A stretch of DNA of 60,184 nucleotides from Catajapyx aquilonaris. Lineage: Eukaryota. Position 1 is the first letter of the stretch. Every line of letters begins with the position of its first letter. The stretch covers positions 1-60,184 of the forward strand of contig JYFJ02002255.1 in assembly GCA_000934665.2 (NCBI GenBank), given 5' to 3'. This document shows positions 22,875 to 37,263 of the stretch, piece after piece. The notes beneath the pieces were generated by a model. It had not been told where the DNA came from, searched no databases, and saw only the letters and a list, made by a program, of their open reading frames with translations. The translations under genes were made by a program, and so were the position numbers.

Positions 22875-24940
22875 ATATATCGACTCTTCCCCTTGCAACA
22901 TCTTCGGATATGGGTAAATAGTGAAAAAACCTGCAATTTCATGTCCCAGCTAATTTCTGGACTTAATATAACATCTGAAAACCAGATAACATACTAAGAA
23001 ATAAGATTGCAACTTGCGGAATACGGGGCACATAACAAATATGTAATGAGAAAATTATTTCATATTTTTTTTCTTTAGGTCACAGAGTGTGACATGTCAC
23101 GTCCGTGGCTTGTCCCAACCTTCACTTTCGTAGTTTTGTCAATTTTTATGCAAGGCATAAGATGTTATTTCACTTTTTATATTAGAGTAATGGAGAAAGG
23201 AATACTGAAGGTAAAGGCTAGTGCATTCTTTGTCCTGAAGTTCCAAATTGCATCGATTTTATTGCAAGAGTAATTTTGTTCCAAGGTTTCTAGTCACGTC
23301 CGTGGACAAAAACAAACACTGTTATAAAACCATCCAGGAAGCAGCAATGTGCAGGATTTTTGTCTTTTTGCTTGCTGATGCAGCCATATTGAGAATCTGA
23401 ATCAAAAACCTGAATTGGGTAGGTTGCTTGAAGCCGTGTAATTCTGCTCTAAACGCCAGATTTAGTGAAGTGTCGAGATCAGTGCGTGTGCGTCACGTCT
23501 GTGGCACCTGGTAAATGTGGGTAAGCCGTTCAAATGTCAATTTTTGCTCATCGTACGTGTGCTATTAGGTACAAAGAGCTTACTCATTTGAACTAAAAGT
23601 TTGTAACCTAAACTTACCACGTTTTACGTAAAATATACAGAGAGTTTGTCACGTCCGTGGACACTACCCGTCCACAGGCCTATTTGAATGTTTTGGACCA
23701 CCTATACCATGATGCACTCATAGCTGTACACTATACTTATTGTCAGATGTAAGCATACGGACAGATCTCGAGTATAGGCTACTCTGAATTTTCACATTTC
23801 TTGTTTCATTGCATTTGAAGCGATTTGAAGTATTACTTACATTTATATAGTTGCGAACTGTGCTAGCCACTTGGTTCGGTTCTACACCCTGTGCCACACT
23901 TAGTTCGTCAAATTCAGTAGATATAGCATTATTATAATTTATTTTAAAAATGTGAAATATAAGACTACGATCTCTGCCGTTATTTTTGTGGGAACACCAG
24001 AGGTAATGACTATTTTCTATTAAAAAAATTATTTCTGTAAAGGACATTTACATTTATATTTGTTTGGAAATGAAATTGCACCTTTTTTCGCTATTGACCC
24101 ATATAGTTACCTATGACAGAGAAACACTCTCTACTGTATATGTAAAAGGAACAAGGGAGTCAAAGTGTGCTTTCAGAGTATTTGAGACATTATTTTGATT
24201 ATTTTTCACAATGCTGTTTGCCCACCGAGTACAAGAAATTAGTTAGCTTTTTCCCAAGGTTTTGATTGGCTATTGCAATCGCAACACTGGTTTTCCACTG
24301 CCATGCTTCGTGTAAAATGATGTATGTCGTAACATGAAGCCAATGATACGCACCAAAACAGACGGCTCAATATGAAAAAATGGAATTTCTGCATTTATTC
24401 AGTAGTAACATAACACTTTCAGTGCAGAACAATTCACACACACCACAAATGACCGACCTTTTTCACAGCAGCCTTACTTCATCCCAATCTAATATGTCCC
24501 CTGCAAATGCGTTGAAAGAGTTATACAGACTGCGGAATTCGACGATCAATAACCTGTTGGTGACATAACTGATCCATTACTAACTTTGTTATTAGATAAA
24601 ACTCATAAATTGCACTCATAAACTGGAAAATGTTATGCATTTCTGACAAGTGGATGGTGTTGTCTATAATGCAATTAAAATTCATAATAATAGCACCTTT
24701 ACATGTACCACAGAAACGTGGCCTTAATTTGTAATGTAGACTATCAACAGTGACAACATTTCCGATAGTTATGTTATTTGGAGAGTATGGATAGCATCGA
24801 TATTCGCATTTACAGATGGCTTCCTTTTTGCTGGTTGGTGCTGCTTCTCCTCTTTTCTACCAGTAGTTTACTGGTCACATATACAGGGATATATTTACCA
24901 AGCTACATCCATAGGTCAGCTTTAATCCACTGCATCAGGT

Positions 24941-25530
24941 CAGTGGCGTAGCTAGAGGATTAGGCACCCGGGGCGGCGGGGAAGAGGCAACCCCCCCAGG
25001 AGATTTGTCAAATTTTCAAATTACGAATGGTCTCATACACGCAGTGCCGGATTTACCCCCCGGCCGCCCTTGGGCAGTTGAAATCCACCGCCCCCATCCC
25101 CATCATGCCGCTTAAAAATTCAAATTTTCTTCTGAGTTCTCTCCTTCATTTCATTTTATTTCATTTGAAAATTTATATTATTTTCAACTTATGGCCACCC
25201 TGAGGCTTTTCTGCCTAGTGGCAAATCCGGCTCTGGGAATCCCCCGGAGAAAATTAAAAATTTTAAAATGATTTCGCCTTTATTTCATCTATTATTGTAG
25301 CCTATTTGAAAAATATTTATTGCAACTCGCGGTCGCCCCTAGGCAATTGCCTACTCTGCCTAATAGTAAATCCGACCTACTTCCAGTCCAGCATTTCGTG
25401 GAATGTTTATGCAATGTTCACAAACTTTTTAAAAAAATAATATGTATATAATTTTTTGCCGCCTCGACGACACCCCCTCCGGGATCGCACCCGGGGCGGA
25501 CCCCCCCCCCCCCTTCCTGCTACGTCACTG
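24941..25530. mobile_element. hAT-type MITE with a nested second hAT-like MITE
   Basis: TIR CAGTGGCGTAGC...GCTACGTCACTG, 8 bp TSD CATCAGGT on both sides. Internal CAGTGCCGGATTT...AAATCCGGCTCTG at ~25042-25235. Confidence 0.88.
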
Positions 25531-27121
25531 CATCAGGTAGTGATATTCTTGCAGTCCAGCATTCTAATGCCAATCTGGAAAAAACTGAGAATTGCGGTTG
25601 TACTGTACGTATCAACTAAAAAATGAATTAGGAGAAAATAATCTCAAAAATTGTATTGTGAATGCCTGTATAGGCCTACATAATCAGAGGTTTCTCCTTC
25701 TATTGGGTTCATACAACCGGACCTTGGACTTGTATCAGAGTGAATTTGCCAGAGAGCCATCACTCATTCGAATTTCGAATATTCCAGTTTAATAGGCATT
25801 GTCGTATTTACAGTTTTTACACCCAGGGGAAAATGTTACTCTATCGTATACTTTTATTCCAACCTCTCACTTATGCATTAAACTCCACGGGTTTCGTATA
25901 TTTGCAACTGTTTCGCTTGAGTTGCTAGTTTTGAGTAGAAATGAGTATAACACTACCATTCCAGACTCGTTAGCAAACTATACCGTATTTGAAATGGAAA
26001 ACTCCCGAGTCGCTTAGGCCTATTAGGTAAGATACGTTTCATCATTTCAGGTGCTGTGTTTACCCAGGTGTTGTCGCGCAAGAAGTTCACTATACAGTCA
26101 CAGCCAGTCATAACCCTTTAAAGGCAGCTCTGACCCACCCTCCCAACCATATAGCCTACCCAAATGTAATAATCATCATTTCTATTCCAGGATTTATTAG
26201 TTCAGGTCGGAAAAGGTAATACACCCTCAAAATACGGACCCATTTAGACACCGACCCCACATTACACACGAGAGGCATACAATCGTCGCATTCATCCCTG
26301 CAATTTAATTCTAGCTGACCCCAGGCACACTCCACAGATGACTATGACCCAAAGGCATATAGAGCCAGAAAATTGCATTATATCATCCATCAACATTACT
26401 CTTACGGAAAAGACAACCGCTACCAGCCCTGTAAAATTATACCTGACACCTCCTTAAAGATTAGGTTAAATGACGCCCCTACACAAAAACTAGTGTAAAA
26501 ACACAGCAGATTCAGGCAGCAAGAACGACTACAAAACGACCTGCAATGTCCCAAACAATTTCCACACCTCCATTTTGCTATCGGATATATCCTTGTTTCC
26601 GGCCGTCCTTTTCATTTGAGATCAAAGCTTTTGATGGGTGATCCGACGCTGCCTCTAATTCGGAAAGACTTCCCAGTAATGAATTATTACCGTCTAATTA
26701 GTGCTCAGAGTTAGTGAGGCAGGAAGACGGAAAAAGAAATTGAATTATCTTTCCGTTCCTGGTTATGCTCTGGGAGAAGAGGAGGGCCCCGGGGCAGATT
26801 ACCGAATCTAATTTCGCCACGAGGAAGTTGGAGTCTTTATCGACAAGGTTTCCAGGCAGGGGATGTATGCGGAACAGGCTCATGGAATAGTTTGGGTGCC
26901 ACAATATGATCAAGGGAAGCGTGATGTGAGGGTTTGAGAAAAAGGTCGGTTCGTATCATTTCTTATGTGCCGTCATTTCATTGGCAAATTATGGAATTTA
27001 TGGAATTTTGTGGTTAGATAAGGGCTATAAAACTAGGCAATGGTGGCAACACTGATATACGGTAGTCTATATGTACGAAACTTATGAATAGGGGGAGTAT
27101 GCTCATCATATAGTTCATGCC

Positions 27122-27180
27122 ATGTTACGCTAACATTTTCGTACAGTATACTGTACTGTATGAAAATGTTAGTGTAACAT
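27122..27180. repeat. Short palindrome (27 bp arms)
   Basis: atgttacgctaacattttcgtacagta / tactgtatgaaaatgttagtgtaacat, 2 mismatches. Confidence 0.85.
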
Positions 27181-28340
27181 TTTGATGACTTGCAATGCAG
27201 AACGATGAGTCACATTTTTGGTCAGTTGAGTTAGGCAGTCTCGAAGGGTCCTAACAGATTCCTGATGTTACAGCCCCCTAAATAAATTCCCTCGCCAGCC
27301 ATGACTATGTCATTGGTGAATATATGCCTACAATGTTACGACTGTTTGTTTTCATTCATTGTCCAGGATAGTCTCGAGTACTCGGACTAAACGGGACAAG
27401 AGGTGTCCAAATAGGCTAATCGAAAATCCGGATAATGCGAAAGCCGGGAGCAAGGTGGGCTGATGGGAATGAAAAAAAATATCGGGAATGGAAATGCAAT
27501 AAAAATTTAAAATCCGGTTTGCTTGCCTGTGTGATTCGCTGACAGAGAAAACACCTGTGGGAATGAAGAGGAAAGTATGCAGGATGCCTACGCGCGTAGC
27601 ATATTCTATAAGTTAAATGGCGGTTAGTAACACATTTTGTGGATATCCGCCAGATAATGCGGAAATCATGATAATCAAGACCTTAGGTATACTGTACATG
27701 GCTAAAGGTGCAATCATATCAGCTCGCATAAGTTACACTTACTGGCATGAAGCCCTATAGGTCAGCATATAGGACAGGGGGAAGGGAAGACCAGTAGTCA
27801 TATATATAGCCAAAAACTCGCTAGTGTTATTTTCGTCGAAGATGCAACCCTTGACTTTCTCAAAACCTTCCTGTTTTTATGCAACCTGCAAATATTATAG
27901 GCACATCGAATAATCTCTGTCTAATATTGTGAGTAAGAATTCGATCCATCCGGTTGTAGTTACTGCATGTTTATTTGGTCAAAATATTAATGTCTCAGAT
28001 GAGGTCACTAGCTGCCAATCAGAGGGCTAATCCGTCGAACCGGACAGACCCGGTTGTGTACCTGGGCATTGGACCTAATATCAGCAGGTGCTATTCCAGA
28101 TACTCGAGAAAGTAACTCTTAGCAAATAGCTGCTTAAAAAGTAGCAGCTTACGCGATTTTTCCAATAACTGTTGGGGCGATAAAGTTGGATCACCTTGTA
28201 TAGCCACAGGTCAGTGTTTCGCAATGCTCCATATAGACATGTTGAAACAAAAGCAACGATAAGGACCATGTTACATATTATTGTTTCCTTTGGTAAAAAC
28301 AAATTAACTTTTGGCTTTATTTAAACTTGTTGGAATACTT

Positions 28341-28558
28341 GGGAGGTGGTATTTTGTGATCAACAAGTACCGACTACGAGTACTGACTTGTATAGACGGT
28401 ATTTGACGTCGGTACATGAATAGGTACATCGTGATGTACCATTATCAGGTCAGTATAGAGTATACATCTGAACGATGGGCTGTCTACAAGTCAGTACTGT
28501 AGACGGTATTTGTTGATTACAAAATACCACCTCCGGAATCGGTACATGAATTACAGTG
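28341..28558. mobile_element. Fragment of a MITE family with internal inverted repeats and a ...TTACAGTG end
   Basis: ggaggtggtattttgt...acaaaataccacctcc inverted pair. Near-colinear copy at 48883-49104 and a partial copy at 48375-48455. Confidence 0.8.
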
Positions 28559-28600
28559 TGTATAGACATGCGTTTGCCCTTGCACACTCTTGCTATTGTA

Positions 28601-28888
28601 CACTCTTAACCATTTACCTTCTCTAGAGAGGGTAAGAAAGTGGCCATTTTTTACCTAACATTGTAGGGTAAATATTCTTGGGTAAATTGATTCTAAGGTA
28701 AATTTTGCATGTATTACCTTAGAAAATAGAGGGTAAAAAAGAGAGGCAATTTTTACCCTCTATTTTCTAAGGTAATACATGCAAAATTTACCTTAGAATC
28801 AATTTACCCAAGAATATTTACCCTACAATGTAAGGTAAAAAATGGCCACTTTCTGACCCTCTCTAGAGAAGGTAAATGGTTAAGAGTG
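28601..28888. mobile_element. Fold-back MITE with CACTC termini and TA flanks (CACTA/EnSpm-like)
   Basis: TA-CACTCTTAACC...GGTTAAGAGTG-TA; 139 bp near-perfect arms, 10 bp spacer, repeated TTACC/GGTAA submotifs. Confidence 0.88.
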
Positions 28889-31800
28889 TATGTCCAAAAA
28901 ATGTGTCGCGGAACGTATCGACTTTAAAATACATGTAACGATGTTCATAGTACTCACTAATACAGGAGCAGGAACCTGCAAATAAAATCAGGTTTTTCGT
29001 ATTGTTGGTCGACTGTCAATGGCCACAACATCAACGACGGCTGTTAGCAGAAAACACAAAGAATAAATGTTTACACTGGAAGACTTCCAGCAGACAGCTT
29101 CTCATCATGGGCCCTCAGCTGATTAGAGCTGTTTCTCCTCCTTGCTACTAGCGGTGGGATCCATCTGCAATGATATGGCAAATTCATGATTGGTAGATTT
29201 TACATTTTCGCACCTTCTTCTAGGCAGCTAGGAATATTTTTTGAGGCTGGGGGCGAGGGTGGGATTGTGAATGTTTACAGTATTTTGATGATTCTGTTTT
29301 GGTTGCTGGCACATGCAATTGAAAGACTACATGGGTAAACAGTGAACAGCACCTCATGAGTTAACCAAGCGTCACAGGCGATCAAATTTTTTTTTGTGTG
29401 CGCCGCTTATAATACTGCATTATAATGTGATCTCGTTTTACTGCATTTCACTTTACGACTCTGTGCTATAGTCAAAAAGTTGTATTTCACATTAAGGTCA
29501 ACCAAAATCTTGTTTAATATCATAACAACCCACTTGCTGAAGCCCAACAGTACTGATCGAGGCTCGTCTACTCATTACCACACCTGGCGCCACTATCATA
29601 CACAAAGTTCTTGAAAATCAAACTTATGAACTTGCCAATACAGCACCAGTACACTCAAGTCACATGCTTATCCGATATTACCACGAGTATTATGCAAATG
29701 AGAGAGTACTATGAGGATGACAGTAAGCGGACTTCAGAGAGGCCATGATGAGAGGAGGGAGGAGCAAACATGAGTGACGCGGGACAACCATGGAGTATTT
29801 GGCACCCGCAAAAAATAGGGAGGCAGGGGAATGGGAAGGGGGGCTGGACCAGAAGAAAGAAGTACTCTTTGTGGGCCGGGACTAGCTATGACAGGCTCCA
29901 GGGTTGCAAACAAACTAATGAGAGAGGGCAGGGGGAAGCTCGGTATAGTATAATGGTGCTAGGTCTGCCTCCCCCAAACAAGAAGAAGGGTCCAAGCCAT
30001 TCACTTCATCACCTGTCTGCTACTCTTATCCGATTTACCCGCCTCTCCTATTGGCCCATAGATTTTACCAGCTGGGCGCCAGACTAATTTATCACTCCTC
30101 CATTTTTTTGTCCTCCTATCTGAAAAATCATGACAATAATAGGGCGTCCTGTAAACTGAACCTTGTTTTGCTCCCTGTTGCTCTCTATTCAGAGTCTGAT
30201 TGGCATTTGGTCCAGCTTATTGGCCCAGGGGCAGTATGCCCTGGCTTCGGGCGGGTCCCAGAGTGTCACCTCTCTTGTCATTTCTGCCCCCTTCTTCCCC
30301 CCCCCCCCCCTTACAGTCTTCACGAAGTTTCTGACAGCTCTCATGCCTCTCGCCTGTCACTCTTGTAGTGTTACGTTCCCATCAACTTCTTACTTCCTTA
30401 TGCTTCTAAAGTGTCTATATTTTCTCGCCATGCAATTGCAGGTAGCCACAAAAAAGGCACTTGTGTTACATTCCGTGGGTCACAACAGGTTGGCTCAGAT
30501 CTCACATTTTCTATTGCCTTATTTTCCTTTCGAAAATATGAACTCGAGTTGGTCCTGTTTTTCACGACATATATTTTGTTGGAGCGTTTGCATTCTGAGG
30601 ATTCCAAACAGGGTCTATTTATGTGTCAATATGGTATTGTCGAGAGTTTCCTGCAATAGAATATGGGGAGAATTGTTGTTAATTAACAAGCACTGTCCCT
30701 TTTCTTGTCGATTGCACATAAGATGTGAGAGTCTACAAAAATGCCAGTGTTTCCTTAGAAGGACGAGTATACGTGATGGAATAGTACGTAGGCTACAGTA
30801 CGCTCCCTCACTCCCATAAGTTACGCCTCCATAATTATAAGGACCATTATGCCATGCAGTACACAGCAAAACTGCTGATTTGATCAAAAGTTCTGTACAC
30901 ACCACCTCAAAAAGTGCTTAGATTAGTGCGAGAATAATATTCGGTGTATTTGCATAAAATGATTATAATAGTATTTTCTGCAGTGGGTGTTACAATCCGG
31001 CAATGTGAGAATATTCAGACCACATATGTTGTGAACATGATCACATTAGTATGATATTTTGGTGTCGCAGTTACATCCCTGCTCGACCTTTCACTGAAAT
31101 GCTACAGCAAAAACAGAGTGAAATTATTAGTTTGACCCATCATGTTAATGAATTGATTTGTGGGCTAGATATGGCAAAATTAGTGCATATAACGATACTG
31201 TTTTGATATATTGGTACTTTGTGTTTTATACAAATACAGTAATTGGTACCAAAAGCACTCATTTGTAATTGTTTAGTGTTCATTAGTTTCTGTCATATAC
31301 AGCATACTGTTGCAGCCATAAATACATGGGCAACTAATCATGATTCCAACAAAGTTCTGTAGTATACACTTGCATATCAGAGGATGACGTACGAGTTAGT
31401 AGAAGTGTCATTTGCAATAGTGCAGTTTACAGGTGCACCTATGGTAATGCTGTTCATAATGGTTATCAATTTTTATACAATATGTGCTCATTTTAAGCAG
31501 CTACTTTTACATAGTTTCTTTACCGGTTATCAAAAATATTAGCTGTTAATACATTAGGCCGAGTTTAATCATATCTCCGAGATCCATGTTACAGTACATT
31601 TCTGCTGTTGATAATGCTCCATTGGAACTATTTGCATCGACAGTGAAGGGCAGAACCGATATTTGTATAGACCAGGCTCCTTTTGCAGGCTTTAAAAGAA
31701 TGGGGGCCAATCAACTATACAGAAACTACAAAAACCGCAGAGTTCATTCATGTTCATACAACAAACCCTTAGTGCATAATAAATGCATTAGTGTGAATTA

Positions 31801-34691
31801 ATATTTGTCCGTGGGCCGAAACATCTCTAGTGAATAACAGCCATTATGCACAGATGCTATACGTATCACCTGATGCTGATAAGTGCATTTTCTTGGCAAT
31901 GCCTGTGCTTTATGTGTATATACAGCAGTACATGCGTGCATAACACGCGGTGGAATTTACAGCATATCAAGAGCTTATTTAATCAGGTGCACATATTGAT
32001 TCACTAGTCGATTGTGCCATCCACATGTGACGTCACATTGTTCACGTGACGCATTTTAAGGCATTTCCCGTATTTTGACGCAGATTTCTGTGGTGATAAA
32101 ATTTGTTCCGCCTCCTCCCGACCTTGCCTTTTTCACATGAAATATTGGAGTTACCGACTAGTCACTGAAAATGCAATTTTAATTGACACCGTAATCTCTA
32201 ATTGCCTTACTACCAAAAAATCTGTCACATTGCACATTGCGATAAGGTCATGTTTTCAAACAACTCTATAACAAAAACACGACATGATACGACGTAGGAA
32301 GGAAGATTAGGCATAACAGGTAGAGGATGCAGTATCCGTGACATCTGAGATGGTATAATTCACTCTTTCATTGGTGCAATTAAGTACCTCAGTAATGAGG
32401 CTTCGAAGACTAAAATAATGACACCTCTATACGTAACATATAAAGTGAGCCAGCCATGCCCAGAAGTTCACCATATACAGTATGTTGTCTTAATCATTAT
32501 GAAATATTCTGCGTAGAATGAAGTATTTCAGAAGAAAATATTCGCAGCATTACCAAGCCCGGTTCAAAAGTCGGATGATGTTGAACTTCACCTTAGCTTT
32601 AACAACCACATGCTGCTGCAAAGGCGGAATTTCGATATGAAGTATAGGGCTAGAGTATATTCTTGACTGCTCAGCTTTAGTGTTAGGCCTATACATCAGG
32701 GTATGGTTGGCTATACATTGTCCTACTTTAATTTCTCTTCTTAGTTCTTAGGGTCAGTTTCTGAATCTTAGGAATTCTAAATGAAGCTGGCATTTAACTA
32801 AATAAGAGTTATAGTACCGTACTGCCTGAATAAAAATGTGCTCGAATTACTCGTAGTTACCGGTAACCCGATTTTAAATATTTACGATTCAAATTATTGA
32901 ATTGCTGCTGACTGTCACGCATCAGTAATGTATATTGCCATTTTTAAATATAAGAAATGAAACATCGGAGATATGCCTCTATTTTAATTTTGCCAATTTT
33001 AAGATAATTATAGCAAAGTTGGATTCACACTGACACAGACCCCCAGACACACACATGCGTAACTTATATGGATACGGCCATTTTGGGTTCGAAATAGATC
33101 GGAGTAATTCAGATGCCTCTTTCAAAGTCGCAATTACTAAATTGAGATGTCCCTTGTGACACTATAATATTAAGCTGGATATATATTAATGTCAGTTGGT
33201 ATGTATAGTTTATTATAGTCATAACTCCAGTAGAACCAGTTTTTGGGGGTTAAAGAAGCGCGGTATTTTCAGGTTTCCCCTGGTTTGCTGTCCTCCAGTA
33301 AATATATTGCTATAAAAATATGGTAATTCGATAATTCGCATTTAATTTTCCGTGTGTTCACGCGATGACATAAGCATGATTTGATATATCGCACATGCAA
33401 AATGATTGATTTTAACAAAAATTCAATTACTTGTTTATTTAGCAGTAGTTCAGTTACATTTCACAAACCCGATTCCGGATTTTCTTCAAGATCACAAACA
33501 TTGATTTCGTGCATGTATGATTGAACTCTCATTAAATGTAAGATATGCAGTATGTGTCAAAATATGATTCAAAGTGCCTATTATTTCACCCATAAAATCT
33601 CATTAATAGACTACATCTTGGTAGACCATTGTCAGTCCGCAGGAAGCAAAAAATAATAATTTGCAGGCTAAAAGCAGCAGTTTTTCTCCCGTCAACTGTC
33701 ATATTTTCATCTTCAGGGAGCGACAGAAATCCTTTCTTGTGAGAGGAAATAAAGTCAATTATTCCCCCTAAGCAGCCCGCCATTTTGCCTCTTCCCACGT
33801 AATAGGCCTAATACTCGAAACGAACTTGACATGGCGAAAATGGAATATTGCAGAGTGGGATGGATGACATTAGGCAAAAGTGATTACAAAGTCCAATATC
33901 CTCTTTTGCCTGAGGCTCAAGAAGCCATCGGAATAGACATTTTGGGGATCTGGCTATACAGAGGCCTTGTTGGTGGTAAAAAAAATATATGTATGAAAGT
34001 GGCAATTATCTGCTGTAGGCTACTGTAACATATCAGGTATAGTTAAATAACATCCTTTCTTTTAGTTTATATCAAACCAGTTTCAGTTCCATACTAAATG
34101 CATGCGGGAAAGCACACTATAGTTCGGGTAGTAATGTTCAATAGCAACCACACGCTCATTGCCTTAAAGATTGGGCAAGGTGTGCACATATATTGTGTAC
34201 AAATCCCCAGAACACAATTACCGTGGGAGAAATACGAAATGTATTTATGACATTAGTCGCCAAGGTTGTGGTAATAGGAGAGATCCTTGACAACAGCCCA
34301 TGAAGTAGCCTGAGGCATTTTATCGAACTCGCCGCGAAAAGGAAGTGTTCAAAATTGGAAACGAACAGACTTCATTGGCCTTTTCTCGCCCTCAGGGGTT
34401 CAGTAAGTTTTGATTTTCCTTCAGTGAAGGTTGTAAAGCTGAACTGCTCAGTCACAGTGCACATACTACTGGGGAAGGTGTTGACCTACTCATTAGCGTG
34501 CAGGTAAATTCGTTTTCATTTTGTCCGATTTGTATATTTTAATTCGGTTGCTCTATTCATGGTGAATGAATATGTAAATCGTGATAATATTTTAGTATAG
34601 GTGTTGTGAGGCATTATTCAATACTGTAATTTAACAGCTACGGTACTCATCTATATTCTATACAAGTGAAGACCTCGGGTTGCGTCTCCCT

Positions 34692-34749
34692 TCATCGCTG
34701 GCTACCCCCTTATATGGAAATGTCGTGATGGTTTTGTTGTTGTTGTTGT
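34692..34749 (+). mobile_element. 3' end of a non-LTR retroelement with (GTT)n tail
   Basis: Matches 14325-14383. Confidence 0.6.
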
Positions 34750-37263
34750 AGTATTCATTGTCCCCCTAAATATTTGCAATGTTACAGTCCGAGGTAGGTT
34801 ACAAAAATATCTTTACTGATGTGGAGCTCTGTTTTCAAACTGTCAGTCATTATATAGTAAATAGGATGTTCGTGCTTCATTAACCCTACAGTCTATATTT
34901 TATATTTCACTCGTCATATTTTGGCATGAGAATACTGCATGGTTAACGAAATGTAGACGCAACTGAGAATGTATAGTAAATGCCTTTGGATTTTCCCAAT
35001 TTCGCGTCCTTCTTCGGTGCACTCTACAAAACGTGCTTGTTTTATGCCAGCCTGTTATCACAAAAGTATATATTGTGCCATTTTTCTTACCGGTATCTAG
35101 AGCGCTTGATGGTGTAACTGCCAGGAACTGATGATATACTAGACTGGATACACGTCACGTCCTAAGCTGGAATGGTGGTAATTAAGGCCTGCGCCTCGGA
35201 AAAAGTGGGAGTAGACAGTATAGTAGGGCAAGTCTCCTGCTGATGGTCCAAACACCTGGAGCTTCAGCATTATTCTTCACACATCCTCCTTTTGGACTCG
35301 ACCTATCCCCGAGGACCTTTTCCCCCCCTCCTCATATGATTAGACCACAACCTACTCTATAAAACAAGTCTTGCTAGTTCAACACTGAACCCAAAAAAAT
35401 TACACGCAAATATACTTATTTTTCATAAAAATTAGATGAGAGTTGGATCAAACTGAACAACAGACGGGTTTTTTTGAGCTACATTTTGCCCTCGGGATCA
35501 ATGTCTGTGATTATTCGTCCATATTGTAACCAGCACTCTGTGGTAGTGAAAGGGAAGAGGATCTAGATTCCGAGAACGTTCCTTTGAGGAACATGATCCA
35601 TTCGTACCAGGAGGAGATTTCGTTTCTTGAATTGATTCCCGCTGCTCATTACGCTTTGGGATAGGCTTTCGTCAGATGTAAAGTAGACGACCCTCCATCT
35701 CTCTGGTTGCCTCTTCAGCCACTGATTAATAAACGCCAAGGATTGTCAACCTGTCTCACCTTTATCCGACGCCGCCTTTAATCAGGCCACTCCCAAATAT
35801 GTCACCTTGTTAACCTCTCTGATGTCGTCGCGCAAACTCACCAAGTACGGGTATGTTTGGTAATTTGAAAAGGTCGTCGTCACGCTTGTAACTCGATATT
35901 GACATCAGGTCTATACACCTGTTAGGCGACGTGTCAAAGTTCATCGACTGCCGATAGACAAGCAAAGGAGCGTTAGACCTGCGGTTGTGTTGACAAACAT
36001 CTCCATCACTTTCGTTGGGCCCTTGTAAGTCGGAAATGTAGACAAAGTGACGTGGAAATTGGAAGGACGATTGAGGCAGTCTCCGCATTATTATTTTGCC
36101 GATATAGATGTTGTCAGACAGCTTACGAGTGTCACAGATTATTATTACATGGCCGGTTGAGGTCGACTTTTGCAAGTTGATGGTATTTTGTTGTTGCCCC
36201 CAAACGTGCCCCCATATCTCCCTATCACAGCCTTCAGAATTTTTGTTTGGAAAGATTTTATATTTATATTTGTTTGTATTTATTCTCCCATATAGTTATT
36301 ACTCTGGGGATAAGTATGCTTTAAATATGATTGATCGCATATTATGTGATGAAAAATTGGCGCAGTAATATAATATTATTTTCAATTTTAACGGCACTAT
36401 GTGAGCCTCTGTCTTTCTCCGAACATCTAAGTCTGGAATTAACATTGAATTAACAACGTCCAGCTCATTTGTATAGATGTCTAAGTAAGGTACAGCCAGA
36501 TATCATACAGGTTTATGATTGGTAAATGCTTAAATATTGTTTGTGTAGAATCTAGAGGAGCAGTCAAGCCAAAAGAAACAAAGCCATAGGGAGTCATTTC
36601 ATTTTCACTTGGCTGGATACATCTCAACTCTTCTCACAGTGATAGGCTTGACCACTTGGATTTGAGCTTTTTAATGTAATTGATGTCAAATGGGTGTCAA
36701 ATGAAAGACACATGCAACTACACGTGTTTTCTAGCTTCTTATCGCTCGAAGTTACTGCGGTTGGTAAGGTGATGGGTATGATTTTCTTTCAAACCGAACT
36801 TGGAGAATAGACCACATTTTAGAAACTGCATCCAACAAACGGTGTGAGGATAGTGACAGCAGCACGACACTGATTTACATGATAAGCTCTTCCAATAATG
36901 AGGAGTTAGTGGTTACAGGTCAAGCCACATCATTTCTGAGGTCTCCAGATTGTTCCCTCTTTTGGGCAATGGATTTTCTCATGTCGAAATGGTTTTGATG
37001 GGTTCTGTATGTTCGAATGGGTTTTCTCGGAGTTCTCCCGTTTTGTCCTACTCTCATACATGTAATTCATCATAATTATGCATATGAGATAATCAATAAA
37101 GTCTGAAAAAATATATTTAGATGCCATTGGCCTATCTTATCATTCATTATTAAAAAGAAAAAGCTCCTTAATATTTGAAATAAAATAAACTCTGCTATTC
37201 CTAATATAATATTGGGCCACAGAACAAAACAAACTCTAATAAGTCCTTGTATATTAGGAAATA

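Noticed and set aside
30163..30819. 218 aa ORF
   Set aside because: Non-ATG start, spans a poly-C run, no motif.
36325..36365. IDRILCDEK resembling the mariner first catalytic motif
   Set aside because: Too short, with no flanking transposase similarity or TIRs.
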